Virus record (IMG/VR): IMGVR_UViG_3300009418_000017
From: an uncultured virus (IMG/VR IMGVR_UViG_3300009418_000017)
Taxonomy: Duplodnaviria > Heunggongvirae > Uroviricota > Caudoviricetes
Length of the DNA: 20,000 nucleotides
Strand: one strand, 5' to 3'
A model generated the notes under the pieces. That model searched no databases and was not told the DNA's origin. It saw nothing but the letters and a program-made list of their open reading frames with translations. The translations under genes were made by a program, and so were the position numbers. Every line of letters begins with the position of its first letter. Positions within the stretch are counted from its first letter, which is position 1. Of the stretch, positions 1-8,281 are shown piece by piece.

Positions 1-616
1 AACGAATTTGCTTAGCCGATTCGGGCATTTTTTTGTTTTCTGCCAAAGCGTAGAAAAACAAAAATCCAGACTGGAACATAATGCCTTCTAGCGCCTGGTT
101 TGCGACTGTGGCCAAAGCAAAGTTCTCGGTCGAGAAACCTTCCGGCATCAACACGTTCATCACGCGAACGTACTTGTTCTTTTCGTGAAGAAGGTCGTCA
201 GTCATGAACATATTGTAAGTTTCGATAGGGTCAAAGCCCATTGTCTCGATCATTAAGCTGTACGCCATGACGTGCATGGACTCATCAAAAATCTGACGAC
301 TCAACGCCATGCGGTACCAGGGCGAAGTCACATGAGAGTTAACCACGTTCAAGTTGTTCAGCTGAAGACCGTCCAGATTTGACAAGAACGCCAGGGCTTT
401 TTGGTAACCGCGTTGCTCAGCCTCAGTTAGAGAGGACCACTGTTGAACGTCACGGCTCATGTCCACAGAAGACTCATTCCAATGGTCTTCACGCATCTTG
501 TCGTAAATCGCCATTGCAGCCGGGTGCTTGGCCGGTTTGATCTGCATTAACCCATTGTCAGGGCCATTAATTACACGATAATCGTCTAAGTTGATGATTT
601 CTTTATCAGATTTCAC
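1..616 (-). CDS. nrdB: Ribonucleotide reductase class Ia beta subunit, 5' part (runs off the left edge; absent from the ORF track)
   Basis: Hand translation from GTG at 616 (GGAG upstream): MKSDKEIINLDDYRVINGPDNGLMQIKPAKHP...FLSNLDGLQ...RQIFDESMHVMAYS...LEGIMFQSGF...AKQIR. Di-iron ligands D, ExxH and E are present, with the radical Tyr at H+4. Lies downstream of nrdA. Confidence 0.93.
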   Translation of the reverse strand, partial: MKSDKEIINLDDYRVINGPDNGLMQIKPAKHPAAMAIYDKMREDHWNESSVDMSRDVQQWSSLTEAEQRGYQKALAFLSNLDGLQLNNLNVVNSHVTSPWYRMALSRQIFDESMHVMAYSLMIETMGFDPIETYNMFMTDDLLHEKNKYVRVMNVLMPEGFSTENFALATVANQALEGIMFQSGFLFFYALAENKKMPESAKQIR

Positions 617-646
617 GTCTATTCTCCGCTACTAATTACAAAATGA

Positions 647-665
647 GAGGGACAATAAGTCCCTC
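647..665 (-). terminator. Hairpin between trx and nrdB (weak terminator or RNA-stabilising stem)
   Basis: Minus strand GAGGGAC-TTATT-GTCCCTC, a 7-bp perfect stem followed by TCATTTTGT, an imperfect U-tract. Confidence 0.45.
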
Positions 666-673
666 AACAACAA

Positions 674-1033
674 TCACTGACACGCTTCGCAAGCAATCTC
701 TTCGTCAGCGTCATAGTCGGTCGCTTCAGCAAGCTCAAAGACTACTCGCTCGATGCGACTCTCATCGTCACCAGTAACCCGGTTTTCTTCCATGCCATAG
801 GCAAAGGTCATTACCGTTGGTGCCGAGCGGATATTGCGCAGATGCAAAAAGCCGTTATCCACGTCTTTAATGTCGATTTTGATAAAGTCGATACTCTGAT
901 GAGTTTCTTCTAACTTTTTCAACGTGCGCTCTGCACTTTGGCAGGGTGCACAGTTTGTAGCGCAAATCATGAGGACCGTAGGACGGCCCTCTGTTAAACG
1001 CTGTACCATTTTTTTGTGATCTAACTGTTGCAT
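674..1033 (-). CDS. Thioredoxin-like protein with an appended NrdA-type C-terminal CxxC tail
   Basis: NCAPC active site, FIKIDI strand and cis-Pro motif IRSAPTVMTF, then acidic tail ATDYDADEEIACEACQ. RBS GGAG lies in the last nrdA codons. Confidence 0.85.
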   Translation of the reverse strand: MQQLDHKKMVQRLTEGRPTVLMICATNCAPCQSAERTLKKLEETHQSIDFIKIDIKDVDNGFLHLRNIRSAPTVMTFAYGMEENRVTGDDESRIERVVFELAEATDYDADEEIACEACQ

Positions 1034-1035
1034 GA

Positions 1036-3228
1036 TTAAGCTCCTACTTTTTTAGCTGCTGAAGAGGTTTTTTGCTTCTTCAGGTAATAAGTTGATTTCA
1101 AACCTAAGCGCCAAGCCAGGTCGTAAATTGCAGCGACTTCTCGCCCTTTTGTGTCCGCCTTGCAATAGATATTCAGACTTTGAGACTGATCTACCCATTT
1201 CTGGCGAACCGCAGCCGGACGAATCTGCCACTCCGGAGATATTTCATAAGCCGTCTTCGTTATTTCAGGCCGGTTGTATTGCTGACACGGCTCTACAACA
1301 CGGTATAAACCGCCTATGTTTTCTTTCTTGAATACACGGTGCTCACTTGCTTCAGTACAAGGCGTGGTACCGGCTATGTTGGCGATGGTTGCCGTTGGTG
1401 CGACCGCCATTAGGTTGCAGTTGCGCATACCTTGTTTAGCCAGTTCGCGAACACGGTCCCAAGCCTCAGCTGAGTACACGTTTGTTTCACGGTTGCGAGC
1501 GGTATCAATTGGCAAAATGCCCTGAGACCACAAGCTACCTTCAAACGACTCGTACCGGCCTCGAGTTCGAGCCAACACGCTTGAGCTAACGATTGAGTGA
1601 TATGAAATAACCTCAAACACTTCGTCTGCCCATTTCAGGTGCTCTTCTGACTCATAATCGATGCCACATTGAACAAGTGCTTCTGCGTAGCCCATGACAC
1701 CAAGACCGATTGGGCGATGACGCATATTCGAGCGGCGAGACTCATCGCTTGGGTAGTAATTGAGGTCAATTACGTTATCCAACATTTCGATAGCGTCAGA
1801 AACCGCCTGGCCAAGCAGGTCAAAGTCAATTTTTCCGTCAACAACCATACGGCTCAGGTTGATAGAGCCTAAGTTACACACGAACGTCTCATTAGTGCTG
1901 TTGTTCAGCGAGATTTCAGTGCACAAGTTCGAGTTGTGAATCATTCCGTCGTGCGACTGAGGATTACGGCGATTATGCTCGTCCTTAAACGTCAGCCACG
2001 GCGCACCTGTTGTCATGACGCTCAGAACGATTTTCTGCCAAAGCTCAGCTGCATTAATCTGGTGACGCGCTTTACCGGCCTTCTCAGCTTCAATGTAAAG
2101 GCGCTCAAACTCTGCACCGTAGCTCTCAACAAGCTCGGGGCACTCGTCAGGGTCAAAGAACGACCAGATTGCTTCCGGATCTTCTTTACGCTTCATGAAT
2201 AAATCGTTCATGAAGAAAACAGGGAAAATGTCATGAGTTCGGCGGCGCTCATCGCCTGTCTTCTTCTTCAGATCGATAAAGGCTAGAGCGTCTGCGTGCC
2301 ACGGCTCAAGATAAGCCGCAAAAGCTCCCTTTCTCTTACCTCCCTGGTTAACAGCTACAGAGGTGTCGTTATAAACTTTCAGGAACGGCACAATCCCTGA
2401 GCTTCTTCCATTCGTTGCGCGAATGTGTCCACCCATCGACCGTACACCTGTCCAGCACGTTCCAATCCCCCCGGCATACTTCGACAGAGCGGCGCACTCG
2501 GTCATCTTTGGGTAGATACCGCCCTCATCAATCAAGCTGTCACCAACAAAGTTGCCGTAACATGAGCTCATTTGGCTGAAGTTGGTGCCTGAGTTAAACA
2601 AGGTCGGTGTCGAGCTCACAAACTCCAGGCTGCTCAGCCGGTCGTAGTAACGAATTGCTGCTTCAGTGCGCTCTTCTTCACTGTCAAAGTTCAGGCTTAA
2701 GCCCATTGCGACACGCATCCAGAAGTGCTGAGGCAGCTCAAACAAACGACCCACTTTTTCATCACGCAAAGGTTCTTTACGCATCAAATATCTTTCTGTC
2801 AGTGTTGACATACCGACAAAGTCAAATAAAGAATCACGCTCCTGAACGATAGCGTCATTAAGGTCGTCCATGTTGAAGCGCAGCATACGCTTGTCAAAAC
2901 GGTTCTCTTCGATACCAGTAATGATTGTCTCTTCAAGGCCTGGGTACCGTAAAGAGCCGCCGGTCACTTCTTTGAAGTTGTTCATCATCATCAGACGCGC
3001 TGCCACAAACGTGTAGTTACGCTCTTCTGATACTTTCTGTGCTGCCGAGATAATCAAGGCATTTTGAATGTCAGACGTTGGGATGCCGTCAAAGAATTTA
3101 AGCGTTGTGCTCATTACAACGTCATCCGGTGAAACGTTTTCCAGGTCACGGCACGCGAATTTTGCAGCGGCGGTGATCTTGTCGATGTTCAACTCTTCAA
3201 GAGAGCCGTTCTTTTTAGTGACTTGCAT
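1036..3228 (-). CDS. nrdA: Ribonucleotide reductase class Ia alpha subunit with N-terminal ATP cone; no C-terminal cysteine pair
   Basis: MQVTKKNG ATP cone; TPTLFNSG; SSCY, NSNLCTEI and VCNLGSINL (three active-site Cys equivalents); RPIGLG; APTAT; KSTYY. Confidence 0.97.
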   Translation of the reverse strand: MQVTKKNGSLEELNIDKITAAAKFACRDLENVSPDDVVMSTTLKFFDGIPTSDIQNALIISAAQKVSEERNYTFVAARLMMMNNFKEVTGGSLRYPGLEETIITGIEENRFDKRMLRFNMDDLNDAIVQERDSLFDFVGMSTLTERYLMRKEPLRDEKVGRLFELPQHFWMRVAMGLSLNFDSEEERTEAAIRYYDRLSSLEFVSSTPTLFNSGTNFSQMSSCYGNFVGDSLIDEGGIYPKMTECAALSKYAGGIGTCWTGVRSMGGHIRATNGRSSGIVPFLKVYNDTSVAVNQGGKRKGAFAAYLEPWHADALAFIDLKKKTGDERRRTHDIFPVFFMNDLFMKRKEDPEAIWSFFDPDECPELVESYGAEFERLYIEAEKAGKARHQINAAELWQKIVLSVMTTGAPWLTFKDEHNRRNPQSHDGMIHNSNLCTEISLNNSTNETFVCNLGSINLSRMVVDGKIDFDLLGQAVSDAIEMLDNVIDLNYYPSDESRRSNMRHRPIGLGVMGYAEALVQCGIDYESEEHLKWADEVFEVISYHSIVSSSVLARTRGRYESFEGSLWSQGILPIDTARNRETNVYSAEAWDRVRELAKQGMRNCNLMAVAPTATIANIAGTTPCTEASEHRVFKKENIGGLYRVVEPCQQYNRPEITKTAYEISPEWQIRPAAVRQKWVDQSQSLNIYCKADTKGREVAAIYDLAWRLGLKSTYYLKKQKTSSAAKKVGA

Positions 3229-3242
3229 ACTACCTCTAGTGT
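3227..3242. promoter_or_regulatory. NrdR box, proximal (overlaps nrdA RBS and start codon)
   Basis: ATACTACCTCTAGTGT versus consensus acaCwAtATaTwGtgt, one core mismatch; 32 bp from the second box. Confidence 0.6.
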
Positions 3243-3258
3243 TATTTCTTATATCGAG

Positions 3259-3274
3259 TTACTAAATGTTGGGG
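3259..3274. promoter_or_regulatory. NrdR box, distal
   Basis: Minus strand CCCCAACATTTAGTAA matches all core positions of acaCwAtATaTwGtgt. Confidence 0.65.
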
Positions 3275-3280
3275 TTTCGT

Positions 3281-3309
3281 AGTATCTCAGCGTTGAAATA
3301 CACAATCAA
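3281..3309 (-). promoter_or_regulatory. Sigma70-type promoter for nrdA-trx-nrdB
   Basis: TTGATT (3309-3304), 17 bp, GATACT (3286-3281) with an extended TGn motif. Confidence 0.55.
3282..3301. promoter_or_regulatory. Palindromic operator-like site RTATYT-N8-ARATAY
   Basis: GTATCT-cagcgttg-AAATAC, overlapping the nrdA -10 and spacer. Confidence 0.6.
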
Positions 3310-3323
3310 CCCCAAAAAACGAA

Positions 3324-3716
3324 TTACAATCTGCTAATTTTTAACAGGTGCGAATAAAACGCAACAAACGGATAAGCAATGGCCGCGTTTATCAACGCAT
3401 AAGCTGGCAGATAAACCGGGTCGAGCGTTTCTATAAAGACCAACCCTAATGGCCAGGCAATGACTGCCACCGCCATATTCACGAAGATCCAGCGAACAAG
3501 GTTCCACGATCTGCGAGCCATATAAACATTGCGGTAATTTTCCGATGCTTTTGCAAGCGCATAGTCTGTCGCTTTTCTGGTGCCAAGAAACAGGTCGCGC
3601 ATAAAAACAGACAGGGCAACGTAAAACGGAACAAACCAGTACGGGTTCATTTCGTGCTCAGTCTGACAATATACCGGCAGTAGCATCATCAACACGATTA
3701 TAGCGAAAACCTGCAT
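3324..3716 (-). CDS. Hypothetical membrane protein (about four hydrophobic segments)
   Basis: 130-aa ORF in operon orientation with a GGAG..TAAtcATG junction to the upstream gene; hydrophobic stretches at both ends. Confidence 0.75.
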   Translation of the reverse strand: MQVFAIIVLMMLLPVYCQTEHEMNPYWFVPFYVALSVFMRDLFLGTRKATDYALAKASENYRNVYMARRSWNLVRWIFVNMAVAVIAWPLGLVFIETLDPVYLPAYALINAAIAYPFVAFYSHLLKISRL

Positions 3717-3718
3717 GA

Positions 3719-4312
3719 TTACGCTCCTATCGCCATTTTCAGCGCATTTCTGAAATAGTTAAACTCTTCGGTTTCCAGGCCGGCTTGAATCGCTGCAATA
3801 GCGTCTGCGGCGTGCTCATTGAAGCCTTCTGTGAAAACCATTTCACCGTTTTTCTTGTGCTTCTTCCACGGTGCATTAGGATGCACTTCGCGCACTGCAT
3901 CAATCATGGTTTGCTTGGTTATAGCGCCTTTAAGACCCATAGCCTTTTTGTTTTCAGCTTCACTCAGTTGAAATACCGGCAGACCTGTCTCGTTTGATAC
4001 AGCGGCCAATACAGTAATGCACATGGCATAGCTCAACTGGGAGCTAGCGTTTTGCGAGCCGTGTGGCATTTCGACGAACAATGCTTTCGGCTTGTGCTCG
4101 TCAATAGAGGCCATAACCTGTTTGTGCAGATACTTGGCTCGGTCAAAGTTCTGAGAGCTTTTGCGCACCTGCTTTTTCTTGGACTTATCCAGTTTATTTT
4201 TAATGACGTCGATATGAGTCACTTCAAATTCCAGATCTTCAATGTCGAGGTTGGCTACCGCCAAACCCCAGTTAGTCATGCTAGGGTCATAACCCATCAC
4301 TACTTGCTGCAT
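3719..4312 (-). CDS. RuvC-like Holliday junction resolvase (RNase H fold); start reassigned to ATG 4312
   Basis: VMGYDPSMTNWG, LFVEMP and NEHAADAIAA match the RuvC acidic motifs. GGAG-tataaa-ATG at 4312 follows the upstream stop at 4314; the 4465 start would overlap that gene by about 150 nt. Confidence 0.8.
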   Translation of the reverse strand: MQQVVMGYDPSMTNWGLAVANLDIEDLEFEVTHIDVIKNKLDKSKKKQVRKSSQNFDRAKYLHKQVMASIDEHKPKALFVEMPHGSQNASSQLSYAMCITVLAAVSNETGLPVFQLSEAENKKAMGLKGAITKQTMIDAVREVHPNAPWKKHKKNGEMVFTEGFNEHAADAIAAIQAGLETEEFNYFRNALKMAIGA

Positions 4313-4313
4313 T

Positions 4314-4739
4314 TTATACTCCGTATTTTCCCCAACTTGGAATGCGCTCTCGCATTTCTTCGTTTTCACCACGCTTGTAAAGCTCAACTGTGCTTTCAAG
4401 CTCCTTTTCGACAATCTGCTCAAACTGAACAAATTGCTCGACCGTTGCTGAATAACCGAGCTCATTAATAATGCACTCTGCTATTTCAACGTTTTCCGGT
4501 TTCTCCAGGTTCGCTCTTATGCGTCGAGTTCGTATCTTGCCTTCGACATAAAGAGTGCCGTTCTCATCGACAAGCCTCGGACTTCTAATGACGGCGCCTG
4601 GGCCAACTGTTGACTCCTGGTAACCATGCTTTTCTCTGAAGTCCACCAACAGCTGAGCCGCATTAACGTCTAGCTTGCCTAGCGACTCAACTTTTACCCC
4701 CCAGTCATCAATAAGGGCTCTCAGAACTATCGGCTTCAA
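4314..4739 (-). CDS. Hypothetical protein (141 aa); start reassigned to TTG 4739
   Basis: Strong SD AAGGAGG 6 nt before TTG at 4739 (MKPIVLRALIDDWG...); fills the gap between neighbouring genes. Confidence 0.7.
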   Translation of the reverse strand: MKPIVLRALIDDWGVKVESLGKLDVNAAQLLVDFREKHGYQESTVGPGAVIRSPRLVDENGTLYVEGKIRTRRIRANLEKPENVEIAECIINELGYSATVEQFVQFEQIVEKELESTVELYKRGENEEMRERIPSWGKYGV

Positions 4740-5232
4740 CCTTAACCTCCTTTGCCTTAACAACCTCTACATCATTCAAATCAACAATTCCGGCTATACC
4801 CTCCTCGTCAATCATTTCTTGAGCTATGGCGGCATAACCTCCCCTCAAAAACGCATCATCCCGAGCACAGGCATTGTTAATTCGAACCTTTACGGTCACC
4901 TCAAGATGCTGTGTTTCATTGCAGTGCGGTCTAAACTGCTCGCAGTTTTTCTCTGCACGATCTTGCTCATTAAGCCAGTAGAAGACCTTGTCTTTGCTCT
5001 GCTCATCCGGGTCTTCTACGACTTCACTGCCTGGCACCAACTGGATCTCACTAACTTCGTCATCAGGAATCCCGAATCTCGACTTAAGTGGCCAAAAAGA
5101 TGTTCCGTTTGGAAGGCACCACTTAACGACCTCACCCTTCTTGGTTTTTATGTTGTAGAGGTCTTTGTAACGAAAGCCGGTGTACTCGACCCAACGTCCA
5201 AAGTCATCGTATCTATGGTTTACTTCGTTCAT
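4708..5232 (-). CDS. Hypothetical protein (174 aa, acidic)
   Basis: TAATG stop/start overlap with sbcC, GGAG upstream, operon orientation. Confidence 0.75.
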   Translation of the reverse strand: MNEVNHRYDDFGRWVEYTGFRYKDLYNIKTKKGEVVKWCLPNGTSFWPLKSRFGIPDDEVSEIQLVPGSEVVEDPDEQSKDKVFYWLNEQDRAEKNCEQFRPHCNETQHLEVTVKVRINNACARDDAFLRGGYAAIAQEMIDEEGIAGIVDLNDVEVVKAKEVKVEADSSESPY

Positions 5233-7157
5233 TACTCCACCAATGTTGCTTGACCGTCACGTTTGACGACCGTTACTTGTTGACGAATCCAGTCTCTAAG
5301 CTCGTTATGACTGATTACCAGTACTGTTCCGTGTGTACGTGCACGTTCATCAAGTACATTCATCAATCGCTCAAGGCCGGCTGTATCGAGTGCATGGTCT
5401 ATCTCATCACCGATATACAGATCGATGTTTTTAACAGCTCGGGTAGACACCAGATCTTGCAATGCCAAGTTTGTTGACAAGCGAACCTTGCGCTTCTCGC
5501 CGCCTGACAGCGCCTTGAATGAGTTGCCGCCTGTCTGAGATTCCACATCAATCGTGAACTTCTCAGTCAGCTCGCCGTTGGCCTTTTTGCTTAGTGTTTG
5601 CCATGTCGCCGTAATGTTGCCGTCTGACAGCGCTGACAAGTACTCCGCCGTTCTCTGGTTAAGATAAGGCGTTACCGTGTCGAGAATATGAGCACGAACA
5701 CCCGAATTCCCGTAAACTTCTGCAACTTCCTTCATCACCTCAACAGTCTCAGCTTGCTCTTCAAGATCACTTATGACCTTTTCATAGCTCTTCTTCTGGT
5801 CAGCCAAACGCTTCTCAAGACGCTCAATACTCTGCTTGTGAGGGTTAGACTCATCACTTTTGGCGTGCTCGAGCTGTATCTTTTTAGAGTCAATTGACTC
5901 CTTTTCGCGCTTAAGGTTATCAACCGCTCGTTGATATTCGTTTCGCTGATTGAAAAGCGCCACGATCTCAGAATCATCGAACTCCGGCGCCTCTCTTCTG
6001 GCCACATTCAATTCTGTTTGAGCATCGTCAAGCTGCTTCTCAAGGTCGGCAAGCTTTGGCTTCTCCTGCTTTATCTCGGCCATTAACTCGTCAAGGCGCT
6101 TCTTGCGGACTTCAATGACATCAGCCATGTCATGCTCCGAGTAAGGCTTGCCACACTCGCGACAATCAGTGCCAATTAGCGACTCACTGTTGTCTATTTC
6201 ACCCTTGAGCTTTCTCGCTTCATTGGCCAACTGACTCAGCTCAGCCCGAACCTTGCTGTGCTCAGCCTGGACTGCAGAAAGGTTTGCCTGTTTCTGAGCC
6301 TCATAAGCTTTGTGCGCTGCTTTGGCTTCTGTTCGAGACTCTTCAATTTCCTTTATCTTGTCTTCAATTGAATCGTCTTTCTTACCCTTCAGCTCGGCTG
6401 CTTTTTCTCTAACAGAAGCGGCCTTTTCTTCAATTTCTCGCTCAAGGTCTGCCACAACCTGCTTTTGGCGCTCTTCGTGCTCTTTAGCCTGAGACTTGGC
6501 TTGCTCCAAATCTTCTTTTGTTGTCTGCAAGCTGCGAGCTTCAAACTCCTTGCTTTGAGAAAGTGTTTCGTAATCCCGCTTTGCATCCTTCAGCTTGTCT
6601 TTGGCCAACTTATAGGCGTTTTGCAGTCGAGTGATTCCGGCTGCTTCTTCAACAATGGTCTTTAGCTCTTTATCGGTCATGGCGGGTAAGTCCACCTGAG
6701 CCTCTTGAGCGCTATACACGGACGCATTGAAGATTTCTTGACTGCAACCTAAGACTTCTACAATTTTCGCCTGAGTGAGCTTGTCTGTGCCGCCTGTGAG
6801 CGATTCTTCTTTGCCGTCAGCAATACGAACAAGCTGAACCGAATTTTTGAACTCTTTGTGCTTGCGATACCGGGTTACCACGTACTTGTCGTCACCGTCG
6901 ATGATCTCTACCGACACCGAGCAATTTTTCTTGGCTTTTCGGTTAACAATGTCGGTAGGTGAAATGCCCCGAGCTGTCACGCCAAACAGACACCAACTTA
7001 TTGCATCAGCAATAGTTGATTTACCGGCTCCGTTTGAGTTCTGACTTTCGTCATGCTCGTTCTCGCCCTGTATCAACAGAAGCCCTCGTTGCTGAAGGTT
7101 AATCGATGCTTCACCGATTGCCATGAAGTTAATGATATTTACGTCGCCAAAGTGCAT
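5232..7157 (-). CDS. sbcC: SbcC/Rad50/gp46-like SMC-family ATPase
   Basis: Walker A NGAGKST with a short insert, long coiled coil with central Zn-hook CRECG, signature LSGGEK, Walker B YIGDE, H-loop VISH. Confidence 0.93.
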   Translation of the reverse strand: MHFGDVNIINFMAIGEASINLQQRGLLLIQGENEHDESQNSNGAGKSTIADAISWCLFGVTARGISPTDIVNRKAKKNCSVSVEIIDGDDKYVVTRYRKHKEFKNSVQLVRIADGKEESLTGGTDKLTQAKIVEVLGCSQEIFNASVYSAQEAQVDLPAMTDKELKTIVEEAAGITRLQNAYKLAKDKLKDAKRDYETLSQSKEFEARSLQTTKEDLEQAKSQAKEHEERQKQVVADLEREIEEKAASVREKAAELKGKKDDSIEDKIKEIEESRTEAKAAHKAYEAQKQANLSAVQAEHSKVRAELSQLANEARKLKGEIDNSESLIGTDCRECGKPYSEHDMADVIEVRKKRLDELMAEIKQEKPKLADLEKQLDDAQTELNVARREAPEFDDSEIVALFNQRNEYQRAVDNLKREKESIDSKKIQLEHAKSDESNPHKQSIERLEKRLADQKKSYEKVISDLEEQAETVEVMKEVAEVYGNSGVRAHILDTVTPYLNQRTAEYLSALSDGNITATWQTLSKKANGELTEKFTIDVESQTGGNSFKALSGGEKRKVRLSTNLALQDLVSTRAVKNIDLYIGDEIDHALDTAGLERLMNVLDERARTHGTVLVISHNELRDWIRQQVTVVKRDGQATLVE

Positions 7158-7159
7158 GA

Positions 7160-8233
7160 TTAAGCCTCCACTTCCTGCAGCACTGCCAGTGCTTCTTTCA
7201 CAACACGGTTCTTGCGAATAGAATCGCGTGATTCAACATAGCTCTCAATTGAGCCCTCTAGCGTCTCTGACTTTTCAGTATCAACACTGTCCTTGCGCTC
7301 AGTGACGTTGGTCTTCGGTGTAGCAACAATTGACACACCAAGTGCGCCCCTCTCTTTCATGTCGTTTTTCAGAGAGCTTGATTCTTCAATGCTTAGCTCA
7401 GAAGCACGAACACGAACGAAATTACCGGGTACGTGGTAAACAGCGTCTTCGTAATCTTCCTCTTCGCTTATCAAGTCCATGTTCACGTCTACGAATTTAG
7501 GCGCCTGAGTTTCAAAGTGCTTGACGCTGTCACCTTCAACCAGTATGAATCCGGCTCTGGAGCTAATATCGCCAAAGTTCTGATGTGTTAACGCACCAAC
7601 AGACACAACCGACTTGTCATCGTCTATGTCAAACACTTTGTGATTGTGGTAATGACCAAAGTAGAAGCGCTTGGCTTTATACTTCGCAAGCTCTTCGTAT
7701 GAGAAGCCGTGATCGGGTATGCCGCTAATCACGCCGTTCAATTGCGCGTGCAGGTGAACATGAGCGTTTCCGTTACTATCATCCAACTGATTGCTAAGCT
7801 CTTCACGCAAGTCATCCAGGTTTGCAAACCAGGGCATTAATAGCGTTTCTTCGTCAATCCAGGTTGGTTCTGTCACAACATTGACACCGACACCCTGAAG
7901 CGCTGAACTGGCGTTAGACACCCACTCTGAGTCACGACCTTCTAAGTCATGGTTGCCGGCTATCATGTGAATGCCGTCTTCAAACTTACCTTCGTACTCT
8001 TTGTACAGGTTTAGTACCGGGTTCAAAACGCTCGGAATGATTTTTCCGCGAACATGAAAGCAATCGCCGTCATGGATAACTCGGGTAGCACCCTCTTTCA
8101 GAGCGTGCTCAAACGCTTCTCGGGTTGCCTCTATGATATGCAAAAGTCGGCTGTTAACGCCGTCCACAGTTGTGCTGAATTGGTCGAAATTGTGATAGTG
8201 AGTGTCACTTATCAAGCAATCGAATCTGTTCAT
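7160..8233 (-). CDS. sbcD: SbcD/Mre11/gp47-like metallophosphoesterase nuclease
   Basis: Motifs SDTH, GDCFH, GNHD, HLH and GHYH; adjacent to the SbcC-like ATPase. Confidence 0.92.
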   Translation of the reverse strand: MNRFDCLISDTHYHNFDQFSTTVDGVNSRLLHIIEATREAFEHALKEGATRVIHDGDCFHVRGKIIPSVLNPVLNLYKEYEGKFEDGIHMIAGNHDLEGRDSEWVSNASSALQGVGVNVVTEPTWIDEETLLMPWFANLDDLREELSNQLDDSNGNAHVHLHAQLNGVISGIPDHGFSYEELAKYKAKRFYFGHYHNHKVFDIDDDKSVVSVGALTHQNFGDISSRAGFILVEGDSVKHFETQAPKFVDVNMDLISEEEDYEDAVYHVPGNFVRVRASELSIEESSSLKNDMKERGALGVSIVATPKTNVTERKDSVDTEKSETLEGSIESYVESRDSIRKNRVVKEALAVLQEVEA

Positions 8234-8260
8234 CTTTTAATCTCGCTTGTCTTGCTGAAT

Positions 8261-8280
8261 GTATTTCAATACTTACATAA
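8261..8280. promoter_or_regulatory. Palindromic operator-like site (degenerate)
   Basis: GTATTT-caatactt-ACATAA in the 48-bp gap upstream of sbcD. Confidence 0.45.
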
Positions 8281-8281
8281 A

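Noticed and set aside
3269..3315. Inverted repeat TTGGGGTT...AACCCCAA as a terminator
   Set aside because: The 31-nt loop is too long; the region is better explained by the promoter, operator and NrdR box.
4313..4465. 51-aa N-terminal extension of the RuvC-like ORF
   Set aside because: Overlaps the upstream gene; the RuvC fold starts at ATG 4312, which has its own SD.
4675..5253. 192-aa plus-strand ORF
   Set aside because: Antisense to a translationally coupled minus-strand gene; no motif or RBS seen; probably a shadow ORF.
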